Below, in pieces: positions 19,103 through 27,470 of a DNA stretch of 64,000 nucleotides. The notes below the pieces were generated by a model. It had not been told where the DNA came from and searched no databases. It was given only the letters and a program-made list of their open reading frames with translations. The stretch spans positions 204 through 64,203 of the forward strand of contig CAIWKO010000067.1 in the NCBI GenBank assembly GCA_903913285.1, in the 5' to 3' direction. The DNA comes from an uncultured Bacteroidales bacterium. GTDB taxonomy: Bacteria > Bacteroidota > Bacteroidia > Bacteroidales > CAIWKO01. The position numbers were made by a program, and so were the translations under genes. The stretch's first letter is position 1. Every line of letters starts with the position of its first letter.

Positions 19103-21517
19103 CTAAAAAATAATCCTGTATTGCGGTATTATCATCCTGCCCAACTGGTAGGTGAAATAGCTTTCGCCTGTTTTGCGGTTAAAGGTTTGGTTGTACACGT
19201 TTTTCTGGTTGAACAAATTCGTAACCTCAACCGACCATTCGATGGTGATGTGTTTCCCGTTCATTTTGTAGGCCAGTTTCAGGTCGGTGCGCATATAGTC
19301 GGGAAATTTTTTCGAGAACGCCAGATCGTCGTAATAAATATCTTTTTGTGCCGCCAGCGACATGGCTTCGTCGATGGGGGTGTAGCGTTGTCCGCCGTTG
19401 AAAGTGGTTTTCAGGTTCACCGTAAAGGTTTTCTTGCGTTTATCGGGTTTCTTTCTATGGAACCTCAGGTTAAATTCCTTGCCTGCCAACAGGTTTATAT
19501 TATATCCTCCGCTGAAAGCCGTGTGGCGTTCCACCCCGTCGCTGCCTTTATATTTTGAAGCGTAGAGCGAAGCAGTTCCCAAATAATAAAAGCCTTTCGA
19601 CAGAAAACGTTCAACCGTAAGTTCCACACCATAGTTCTTTCCCGTGCCTTTGTTGATAAGATAGTCGGGAGCTTTAACCTCGAAATTGGCGCCTTCGTTG
19701 AGCAGCGAGTAGCTATCGGTATCTTTTTTATCGATGGGGATATTATAAAGATACTGGAAATAGGTTTCGAACTTCAGGCGGGTGTTTTCGCTGATGGTCC
19801 AGTCGTAGGCAAACACCACGTGCAGGCTGCGTGTAAAATCGAGCTGGTTGTTGCTTAGCGTGTACGAACCGTCGGCATTTTTCACCTGATTGAAAAACAC
19901 CGTAACGGGTATCATTTGGCTGTGCATGCCAAAGCCAAGGCTGAAAGTATGCAGGGCAAACGGGCTCCATTTCAGCCCGACGCGCGGCTCCACCGACCAT
20001 GAATTGTTATAATCGTAGTATTGCCCGTGCAAACCCACGTTCAGCACCAGAGGCTCGGTAATTCTGTATTGCCATTCAGCGTAAGGCTGATAAAGCGTTG
20101 AATAGCCGCGATAATCGTTCTTGCGCAAAAAAGCAACTCCCGGCGTGCTATAAATAGTGTCCAACACATCATAGTAGAACAGCGTGGCTGTGAGGCCGGC
20201 TTTCAGGTTGTGATGCGCATTAAATTTATGATTATAATAGAACGAACCGAACATGCGGCATTCCAAATCGTTCGAACGCTCGTAGGGAAAGGTGTTCAAA
20301 GTAACAGGTGTTACCGAATCTTTGTACGTATAAAAGTTATGAAAGGTAGAAGCCAGCGTGAGTTTGATATAGCTCGATTTGTTGATGAGATACAGATCGG
20401 ACAGGGCCACCATTGCCTGATTCGAGTAGTTTGTCAGGTCCCAGCCTTCGGTGCCGTAGAAATCGATCTTTTGTTTCGTCGTATCTTTTTTGCTGTCCAA
20501 AAAAGCGATATGGCTCATGCCGCCAAACCCGAACAGCGAGATGCTCCCTATTTTGGTGTTCGGAAAATTCAGTTTGAAAAATATATCCTGATATTTGGGC
20601 ACTGCCTGCCCTGTGCCCATTTGTATGCCGAGTTTCGAAAACACATCCAGAGTCGAATAGCGGTAGTCTATCAGGTAGGAGTATCCCTTTTTCTTGCTGA
20701 TGGGTCCTTCGGCGCCTGCTTCAATGCCGTTGAAAGCCACCTGGGCCAGAAACTCGTGATGCATATTGTTGCCGCTTATCGATTTCAGGTCGAAAACCCC
20801 TGCCAGTGCGTTGCCGTATTCGGCTGGAAAGGCGCCCGTGAGGAAATCGGAATTCAGCAAAAGATTGTTTCTCAAAATGCTTATCGGGCCACCCGTGGTT
20901 CCCATGGCAGCAAAATGGTTGGGGTTGGGTATATCCACATCGTCCAGCCGCCACAACAAACCCGAAGGTGTGTTGCCGCGAATGATCACGTCGTTTCGCG
21001 AATCTTCGGTGCCGTTCACTCCCGCAAAATTGGCAGCCATGCGGGCCACGTCGCTGCGGGCGCCTGCATACATATTGGTTTCTTCCACCGTAAACTCGCG
21101 GGCGCTCACCGTGGCCATGTAGTTGATGGGAGCGGTTTTATCGGTCTGCGCACTTATCACCACTTCCTTGCCGCTAAACACTTTCTCCTCCAACTCGATA
21201 TTGAGCACGGGTTCTTTGCCCGTGTTCAACTCCAGATTCGACAAGATCATATCATTATAGCCGACGAAACTCACCTTGATGGTAACCCTGCCGATGGGCA
21301 CCGAAGGTATAGAGAAATTCCCGTTCACATCGCTGGCCGCACCCATGAGCGGGTTGCTGCCCACCACGATAATATTGGCTCCGGGCAAGGGATATTTAGT
21401 GCTTTTATCCACCACATTGCCGCGGATAACCTGTATATGTTGCGAAAAAACAGGTGCAACGCTCCAAACCGCCATAACCACCAAAAGAAAGAAAAGCCTT
21501 TTCGCAAATAAAATCAT
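19103..21517 (-). CDS. TonB-dependent receptor with N-terminal carboxypeptidase-regulatory-like domain
   Basis: Signal peptide; IRGNVVDKSTKYPLPGANIIVVG...NGNFSI (CarbopepD_reg-like); plug region (DVIIRGN...GLLWRLDDV); long beta-barrel ending ...IPQYRIIF. Confidence 0.85.
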   Translation of the reverse strand: MILFAKRLFFLLVVMAVWSVAPVFSQHIQVIRGNVVDKSTKYPLPGANIIVVGSNPLMGAASDVNGNFSIPSVPIGRVTIKVSFVGYNDMILSNLELNTGKEPVLNIELEEKVFSGKEVVISAQTDKTAPINYMATVSAREFTVEETNMYAGARSDVARMAANFAGVNGTEDSRNDVIIRGNTPSGLLWRLDDVDIPNPNHFAAMGTTGGPISILRNNLLLNSDFLTGAFPAEYGNALAGVFDLKSISGNNMHHEFLAQVAFNGIEAGAEGPISKKKGYSYLIDYRYSTLDVFSKLGIQMGTGQAVPKYQDIFFKLNFPNTKIGSISLFGFGGMSHIAFLDSKKDTTKQKIDFYGTEGWDLTNYSNQAMVALSDLYLINKSSYIKLTLASTFHNFYTYKDSVTPVTLNTFPYERSNDLECRMFGSFYYNHKFNAHHNLKAGLTATLFYYDVLDTIYSTPGVAFLRKNDYRGYSTLYQPYAEWQYRITEPLVLNVGLHGQYYDYNNSWSVEPRVGLKWSPFALHTFSLGFGMHSQMIPVTVFFNQVKNADGSYTLSNNQLDFTRSLHVVFAYDWTISENTRLKFETYFQYLYNIPIDKKDTDSYSLLNEGANFEVKAPDYLINKGTGKNYGVELTVERFLSKGFYYLGTASLYASKYKGSDGVERHTAFSGGYNINLLAGKEFNLRFHRKKPDKRKKTFTVNLKTTFNGGQRYTPIDEAMSLAAQKDIYYDDLAFSKKFPDYMRTDLKLAYKMNGKHITIEWSVEVTNLFNQKNVYNQTFNRKTGESYFTYQLGRMIIPQYRIIF

Positions 21518-21579
21518 GCTGTAAAATTACGAAATAATGCAGAACCAAAACTTGTGACTCAAGGAAAGATAGAAAGATT

Positions 21580-21670
21580 GAATTCAGAAGTCAGAAGTAA
21601 GAATTCAGAAAGGTGATTGGTGATTAGCGATTTGATTGAGCCACGAGCCATTAGCCACGAGCTATGGATG
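21580..21670. repeat. heptamer-phased tract (13 units, unit identity drifts)
   Basis: gaattca gaagtca gaagtaa gaattca gaaaggt gattggt gattagc gatttga ttgagcc acgagcc attagcc acgagct atggatg. One continuous 7-bp register. Confidence 0.65.
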
Positions 21671-21702
21671 GCAATTTGAAAGAATTGGGCGAGTTATGGA
21701 GA

Positions 21703-22296
21703 TTACCAAATATTATTCAATAATGTACTATTAATTACTTCAGTGATGTGCATGAATTTAGTAAACATGTCGTCCAATTCATCACTCGAATAAACCTTCT
21801 CGACCATATTCTTTAAACTTATTCTAAAGATATTATCTTCTGTTGATACATTCAGAATTAGCAATCTATTGTTCAGCAGTATATTTTGAATCTCTGCATC
21901 ACTAAAAATAATGTTTATTAGCTTATTATTATTGCTGTATGCCGAAAATGTTTTATCAAAGAGTTTATTGCCTGAGGCAATTTTATTTGTTTTAAATATT
22001 TTATCAAAGAACTCCCTTTCCCATATTGACAATTCTGTTTTTCTAGAAGAAGACTTTTCATACAAACAATTTAACTTATAGGGTTTACCAACCTCTTTCT
22101 CGTACGATTCCGTTTGTATGAAAAATTGAAAAAACTTATAAATATTATTATTATCACTGGCTTCTACATGCAAATGTTGTGAAGTCCCTCCATCTACAAT
22201 ATCAGAATTTTTTTTGACTGTTAGATTTAAATTATGCCGTCCTGAAAATTCTTTCCAGATATCAAGCAATTCGTTATACGATATGATATAACTCAT
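21703..22296 (-). CDS. hypothetical protein (AT-rich orphan)
   Basis: 197-aa ORF, visibly more AT-rich than its neighbours. No signal peptide or recognisable motif. Confidence 0.5.
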   Translation of the reverse strand: MSYIISYNELLDIWKEFSGRHNLNLTVKKNSDIVDGGTSQHLHVEASDNNNIYKFFQFFIQTESYEKEVGKPYKLNCLYEKSSSRKTELSIWEREFFDKIFKTNKIASGNKLFDKTFSAYSNNNKLINIIFSDAEIQNILLNNRLLILNVSTEDNIFRISLKNMVEKVYSSDELDDMFTKFMHITEVINSTLLNNIW

Positions 22297-22408
22297 TTTT
22301 CTCTTTTCATTTTTAATTATTCATTTCCATTCTCCCCCCAAAATTACAAAATAATCAAAACGAAACCATAAAATAAAAAAGGTCGTTTGCAAAACGCACC
22401 CCATTATT

Positions 22409-22471
22409 TACCAAATACCAGCTACCAAATACCAAATACCAAATACCAAATACCAAATACCTTTTACCTAA
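22409..22471. repeat. heptamer tandem repeat (9 units, TACCAAA)
   Basis: taccaaa taccagc taccaaa x5 taccttt tacctaa. Abuts and overlaps the TAG stop (22468-22470) of the radical SAM gene. Confidence 0.85.
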
Positions 22472-23808
22472 ATAACGTCTGTCCCTTTCTTAATCAGCCA
22501 CAGCCTTCCCACACTTTCGTAGAACTTTTCAATCGGCAGGGTAGTTTTCAGCACGCTGTTAAAAAAATTGTATTTCATCAGGTCGTGGTCGATGATATCG
22601 TGTTCCACTTCCTTATAAAAAACCGTGCCGGGCATGGGCGTCAGTATGGTGTAGCCTGCATACACCACGCGGTGGGCCGAGGCATAGTCCGACATGGCTT
22701 CAAAGTCGTCTTCCGTATAATCGTTCGGTATCACGTAGTTGCCGCGCAGCATTATGCCGTTGCGGTCGAAAATGTTGATGGCTTCCTCTATCAGCGATGC
22801 CGATGAATCCTTGTGATATTTTTTCAGTTCTTCGTCTCGAAACGACTCGAAGCCGCATATCACCACTTTAAGTCCTGCTTTGGCCATTTTCTCAATCAGC
22901 CACGGGTGTTTCACAGTAGTGTCGAAGCGGATGTCCATCACGAACTCTTTTTCGATGCCTTCTTCCAATATGCGGTCAACCAGCCGGCTGATGAAATCAA
23001 CGTCCACTATGGTATTGGCATCGGCAAAACGAACAATTTTATAATCGTCCAGTTGTTTCAACTCTTCGATGATGCTTTCCAACCTGCGCTGATAAAAATG
23101 CTTGTCGAACTGCGGCCAAATAGAGCAGAACGAACATTCGTAGGGGCATCCCAGCGAAGTGAACAGATAGGTGGCAGGTATGGGTCGGCCGCCAACAATG
23201 TAAGTCGATATCCAGCGTTTCAGCAAACTGCGGTCGGGCATGATGAAATTTTCGCGGGCCGCGTTCCAGGGTTTCACAGGCGCCTGGTTAGGGCGAAGGC
23301 CTTCCGCGGTGTTGAGGTATAAACCGCCAATATGGTCGAAACTTTTGTGTTGCGAATGAGCCAGCGCCACTTCGCGAAACATTCCTGCCGATTGCCCGGG
23401 GCACACCACATCAACTTCGGGCAGATTAAAATCCTGCAGCGACAGCACCGTGTGCAATCCTCCCGCAACGGTCAGTATTTCGGGATTAAATTTCTTTGCC
23501 TCACGAAATATCTCGCAGCCGAAGTAAAACTCCGAAGCAATAAACGTAACGCCAACAATATCGGGTTTAAATTCGGTCAGGTAGCGGCCAATAAGTTCTT
23601 TCAATGGCGGAGCATCGGGATGCAGGTCGTATTCGCCTTTCAGGTCGATGAGTTGCACATCGAAATCTTTCACGGCGGCGGCAATGGTTATAAGTCCGAG
23701 CGGAGGCCCGATAAGTTTTTTATGAATAAAATGTTTTGCTTCGGGCGGAGCATATTCCAGTATGCTGTTGACGGGCGAACGCGGCGGATTTACAAGCAGG
23801 ATTTTCAT
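22468..23808 (-). CDS. B12-binding-domain radical SAM protein (class B)
   Basis: N-terminal cobalamin-binding-like Rossmann region (MKILLVNPP...GLITIAAAV...DIVGVT). CX3CX2C cluster motif LGCPYECSFCSIW. 446 aa. Confidence 0.85.
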   Translation of the reverse strand: MKILLVNPPRSPVNSILEYAPPEAKHFIHKKLIGPPLGLITIAAAVKDFDVQLIDLKGEYDLHPDAPPLKELIGRYLTEFKPDIVGVTFIASEFYFGCEIFREAKKFNPEILTVAGGLHTVLSLQDFNLPEVDVVCPGQSAGMFREVALAHSQHKSFDHIGGLYLNTAEGLRPNQAPVKPWNAARENFIMPDRSLLKRWISTYIVGGRPIPATYLFTSLGCPYECSFCSIWPQFDKHFYQRRLESIIEELKQLDDYKIVRFADANTIVDVDFISRLVDRILEEGIEKEFVMDIRFDTTVKHPWLIEKMAKAGLKVVICGFESFRDEELKKYHKDSSASLIEEAINIFDRNGIMLRGNYVIPNDYTEDDFEAMSDYASAHRVVYAGYTILTPMPGTVFYKEVEHDIIDHDLMKYNFFNSVLKTTLPIEKFYESVGRLWLIKKGTDVI

Positions 23809-23824
23809 AACACAAAAAGATGCA

Positions 23825-23832
23825 CAAAGATA
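23825..23832 (-). promoter_or_regulatory. Bacteroidota -7 promoter box (TAnnTTTG)
   Basis: Plus strand caaagata = minus strand TATCTTTG, 17 nt upstream of ATG 23808. Confidence 0.45.
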
Positions 23833-23961
23833 AATTTTTTAGCACAACGGAAATACGATAAGTTTTGTTGTGGTATCAGGATTATTTCAACGTCTAATAA
23901 AAAAATAAATGTAACTTTATACTCGGTTTTTATTTTTTGAAATCAACTAATATTGATAAAC

Positions 23962-24618
23962 ATGAAAAGAACAGGTTTCTTTATTTGTTTTCTTTTACTC
24001 TGTATTTTGATTTTTAATCAATGTAAGAAAAGAGAATTAGGGAAACTTCTTGGAACATATTCTTTTACTCAACAAGATCTAAAAATCGTTCCTTATAGTG
24101 GAGGCGAGATTCTTACGCTGGTAGATTCACTTGGAGATACAATTCACTATAATATTCAAACTCCAAAGTATACAGATTCTATAAAAGTTTATAATTTTGA
24201 TCACGAAATAACTCCTGATAATATTGATTACGAGGATTATTATTATGTTGAAGAAGCACAAATATTTGATCATGATGGAGCTTTCTTAATTGAATTGCAC
24301 TTTACATCGCCATTTGAGACTCCTTTATTAAAATTATTTTATATTGAAACCCATATTAAATCACATCCTGAGATAAATAGCTTTGAATGCACATCATGCG
24401 AATTTGATAACGGAAATCTTTATCAATTTTCTGATCCATTGTTTTATAATGATTCAATAACTTTAGTAAATCATAAGTTTTATTATGTTTATAGATTAAC
24501 ATCAACAAATTTTGATGCAGGCAGTTCCACAGAAAATATTCAATTTCTCTATTATTCGGTTAATCAGGGATTAGTAGGATTAAGAACAACTACTGGACAT
24601 ATTTGGAGATTGAATTGA
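23962..24618 (+). CDS. hypothetical lipoprotein (AT-rich orphan)
   Basis: ATG at 23962 gives MKRTGFFICFLLLCILIFNQC (signal + lipobox); the tracked ORF starts at a TTG at 23953. No family recognised. Confidence 0.55.
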   Translation: MKRTGFFICFLLLCILIFNQCKKRELGKLLGTYSFTQQDLKIVPYSGGEILTLVDSLGDTIHYNIQTPKYTDSIKVYNFDHEITPDNIDYEDYYYVEEAQIFDHDGAFLIELHFTSPFETPLLKLFYIETHIKSHPEINSFECTSCEFDNGNLYQFSDPLFYNDSITLVNHKFYYVYRLTSTNFDAGSSTENIQFLYYSVNQGLVGLRTTTGHIWRLN

Positions 24619-24734
24619 TTTTAATAAAAATTAAAATTCAACATTCCTCTAAATTATTTATCCAAAGATCTCTTAAGATTTACTATTAACCTATCAAAAT
24701 ACACCCCTTTAACCCCAATTCCGTTTCTCAAAAA

Positions 24735-25133
24735 GTGTTCCATTACTTTTTGCATGTGTTCCATTACTTTTCGCATGTGTTCCATTACTTTTCGCATGTG
24801 TTCCATCACTTTTCGAATGTGTTCCATTACTTTTTGAATGTGTTCCATTACTTTTCGCATGTGTTAACTCACTTAACGCATCTCGTCACTCACTTTTTGA
24901 ATGTGTGAACTCACTTTTCGCATCTCGTCACTCACTTTTCGCATGTGTTAACTCACTTTTCGCATCTCGTCACTCACTTTTTGAATGTGTGAACACACTT
25001 TTCGAATGTGTGAACTCACTTTTCGCATGTGTTAACTCACTTTTTGAATGTGTGAATTCACTTTTAACATCTCGTCACTCACTTTTTGAATGTGTTAACT
25101 CACTTTCTGCATGTGTTAACTAACTTTTCGCAT
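24735..25133. repeat. 21-bp tandem repeat array B (19 units, two subfamilies)
   Basis: Six units GTGTTCCATTACTTTTCGCAT (24735-24860), then 13 units alternating GTGT(T/G)AACTCACTTTTCGCAT and CTCGTCACTCACTTTTTGAAT. Strict 21-nt register throughout. Confidence 0.92.
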
Positions 25134-25176
25134 GTGTTTACATTTCCCGCCTTATTAAAACATCCCAACCTCTATT

Positions 25177-25222
25177 AACCATTTAACCATTTAACTCATT
25201 TAACCAATTAACCGATCAACCC
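25177..25222. repeat. 8-9-bp tandem repeat (about 5 units, AACCATTT)
   Basis: aaccattt aaccattt aactcattt aaccaatt aaccgatc aacc. Confidence 0.7.
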
Positions 25223-25225
25223 CCA

Positions 25226-25330
25226 TTATATCATTGTATCATTGTATCATTGTATCATTGTATCATTGTATCATTATATCATTATATCATTATCTCATTA
25301 TCTCATTGTATCATTATCTCATTGCATCAT
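25226..25330. repeat. 8-bp tandem repeat (about 13 units, ATCATTGT)
   Basis: atcattgt x5, atcattat x3, ctcattat x2, then mixed units. Ends 28 nt upstream of the -7 box of the glycosyltransferase gene. Confidence 0.88.
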
Positions 25331-25357
25331 CAAATAATTTTCCTCCCTGTTTTTCGT

Positions 25358-25365
25358 TACTTTTG
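25358..25365 (+). promoter_or_regulatory. Bacteroidota -7 promoter box (TAnnTTTG)
   Basis: tacttttg, 9 nt upstream of ATG 25375 (very short leader). Confidence 0.45.
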
Positions 25366-25374
25366 CATCCGCTT

Positions 25375-26646
25375 ATGTCAAAAATATTGCTTGCTTCGGT
25401 TCCCTTGTCGGGACATGTAAACCCGGCTGTTTCGCTGGTGAAGATGCTCATCGCGCGCGGGCACGAAGTATGCTGGTATTGCGGGGCCTATTACCGCGAA
25501 ACCATTGAAGCCACCGGGGCAAAGTTTTTTCCGTATAAACGGGCAAAAGATTTTCACGACAGCAGCATCGCCACCGAATTTCCCAATTTGCCCTACACGA
25601 GTTTGTTCCGTCATGCCACCTATTACATCAAGCATGTTTTTTACGACAATATGCACGGGCAGTATCACGATCTGTGCGAAATACTGAAAGATTTTAAAGC
25701 CGACATCCTGCTCACCGACGAATGGTTCACGGGGGCCATACCTCTGGCCGAAAACAAGGTGTTGCCCTGGGTGTGCTACTGCAATTCGCCTTTGTTTTAC
25801 TATACCAACGAAATTCCTTTCCCGGGCTCGGGCATATTCCCCGATGCATCACTTTTGGGCATTGGCCGCAACTACTTAGTGAATAAGATGGTTACCAAAA
25901 TATTTTTCGCAGGGGTTCAGGCCTATATCAACAAGCTCCGCAACGACCTCGGACTGGCGCCTATGAAGCGCTTTTTTTTGATAAACAATATTTTTATTTC
26001 GCGCTGTTTCGTTAAATTCAATACACCGGCATTCGAGTTTAACTGGAATAACCTTCCCGAAACTATACGTTTTGTGGGTCCGGTATTGCCGGAACATTCA
26101 ACCCCCGTCAGTTTTGAATGGACACCGTTGCTGCATTCGGGCAAACCCGTGATATTTATCACGCAGGGCAGCGTCAATATCAGCGATCACAGCAAACTTA
26201 TCGTTCCGGCTTTAAAAGCTTTGCAAAGCTCCGGTGCAATGGTGGTGGTGGCCACAGGCAGCGGTTCAACCGATTCTTTGCAAACGCAGTTCGGCTCAGA
26301 AACCGTATTTATTGACCCCTACATCCCTTACGAATTTATTATGCCTCACGCCTCGCTGATAATAACCAACGGCGGTTTCGGGGGTGTTATCACGGCTTTG
26401 GCGCACGGTGTGCCGTTGATAGTTGCCGGCGATACCGAAGATAAACCCGAAATAGCGGCCCGCATCAAATATTGTAAAGTAGGTATCAATCTGGGCACCG
26501 GAAATCCAAGTCCCCGTCGCATCAAAAAAGCCGTTGAAAAGATATTGCACGATCCGGTTTATAAAAACAATGCCGTCGGCATCAGCAAGGATTTTCAGCA
26601 GCACAATGCTGCATTGGAAACCTGTTTGCTGATCGAGGAAATATAG
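25375..26646 (+). CDS. MGT/UDP-glycosyltransferase family (GT1) glycosyltransferase
   Basis: Start at Met48 of the tracked ORF (MSKILLASVPLSGHVNPAVSL, typical GT1 N-terminus); the upstream 47 codons are the 8-bp repeat array. C-terminal UDPGT signature ...ITNGGFGGVITALAHGVPLIVAGDTEDKPE. Confidence 0.85.
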   Translation: MSKILLASVPLSGHVNPAVSLVKMLIARGHEVCWYCGAYYRETIEATGAKFFPYKRAKDFHDSSIATEFPNLPYTSLFRHATYYIKHVFYDNMHGQYHDLCEILKDFKADILLTDEWFTGAIPLAENKVLPWVCYCNSPLFYYTNEIPFPGSGIFPDASLLGIGRNYLVNKMVTKIFFAGVQAYINKLRNDLGLAPMKRFFLINNIFISRCFVKFNTPAFEFNWNNLPETIRFVGPVLPEHSTPVSFEWTPLLHSGKPVIFITQGSVNISDHSKLIVPALKALQSSGAMVVVATGSGSTDSLQTQFGSETVFIDPYIPYEFIMPHASLIITNGGFGGVITALAHGVPLIVAGDTEDKPEIAARIKYCKVGINLGTGNPSPRRIKKAVEKILHDPVYKNNAVGISKDFQQHNAALETCLLIEEI

Positions 26647-26694
26647 GGCAAAGCCATCAACGGATATTTTCTTTCGGATTGCTTCAAAAAAGTG

Positions 26695-26702
26695 TAATTT
26701 TG
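26695..26702 (+). promoter_or_regulatory. Bacteroidota -7 promoter box (TAnnTTTG)
   Basis: taattttg, 18 nt upstream of ATG 26721. Confidence 0.5.
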
Positions 26703-26720
26703 CACACTACTAAAAAAAAT

Positions 26721-27467
26721 ATGGCTGCCATAATAACCGTCTCCGATCTCGAAAAATCCTACAAAGGAAATCCGGATATGATACTGAAAGGTATCAACCT
26801 TCGGATCGAAGAAGGCGAATTTTTCGGGCTTTTAGGTCCCAATGCAGCCGGAAAAACAACTTTAATCTCTATCATTTGCGGATTATTGAATATCAACAGC
26901 GGCAGCGTGATGGTTAAAAACATCGACATAACGAAACACTATCGCCGTCTCAACAACATCATCGGTCTGATTCCGCAGGAAATAGCGCTTTATCCCACAC
27001 TCACCGTTAAAGAGAACATTCAGTTTTTCGGACAAATGCATGGCCTAACCGGAAAATCGTTGGACGAAAGTGTTGAACGATATATCGAGGTCGTAAAACT
27101 CGAACAACATGCCAACAAACGTATTGCCAATTGCTCGGGAGGCATAAAACGCAGGGCCAATCTTATCGCTGGCCTTATTCATAACCCCGAGATCATTTTT
27201 CTGGATGAGCCTACCCTTGGCGTTGACGCGCAATCGATGTGCCTCATTTACGATTATCTCAACCAATTGAACGGTACGGGCAAAACCATTATTTATACCA
27301 CGCATTACATGAAAGAAGCCGAAAATTTGTGCAATCGTGTGACGATTATCGATGACGGAAAGATCATAGCCATTGGAACCCCAACCGAACTGATTGAAAA
27401 GAATGAGGGATGCACCGATTTGGGTCAGGTGTTTTTAAAATTAACCGGTAGAGAATTAAGAGATTGA
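26721..27467 (+). CDS. ABC transporter ATP-binding protein
   Basis: Walker A GPNAAGKTT, signature CSGGIKRR, Walker B IIFLDEPTLGVD. Start at Met15 (ATG 26721), downstream of the -7 box. Confidence 0.9.
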   Translation: MAAIITVSDLEKSYKGNPDMILKGINLRIEEGEFFGLLGPNAAGKTTLISIICGLLNINSGSVMVKNIDITKHYRRLNNIIGLIPQEIALYPTLTVKENIQFFGQMHGLTGKSLDESVERYIEVVKLEQHANKRIANCSGGIKRRANLIAGLIHNPEIIFLDEPTLGVDAQSMCLIYDYLNQLNGTGKTIIYTTHYMKEAENLCNRVTIIDDGKIIAIGTPTELIEKNEGCTDLGQVFLKLTGRELRD

Positions 27468-27470
27468 TAG

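Noticed and set aside
20210-21511. 433-aa ORF on the plus strand
   Set aside because: It lies entirely antisense to the TonB-dependent receptor gene, which has clear family motifs. Its translation is His/Arg/Gly-rich low-complexity sequence typical of a shadow ORF in a GC-richer gene, and no promoter box or motif supports it.
24735-25133. CRISPR array hypothesis for the 21-bp repeat arrays (also 18695-19008, 34957-35400, 51905-52355)
   Set aside because: The units are directly adjacent with no unique spacers. The 21-bp unit length is below typical CRISPR repeat length, the units lack a conserved palindromic repeat, and there are no cas genes in the window.
25234-25374. N-terminal 47-codon extension of the glycosyltransferase ORF (MYHCIIVSLYHCIII...)
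   Set aside because: The extension is the 8-bp tandem repeat read in frame. A canonical GT1 N-terminus starts at Met48 (ATG 25375), and an exact -7 box lies at 25358-25365, inside the extension.
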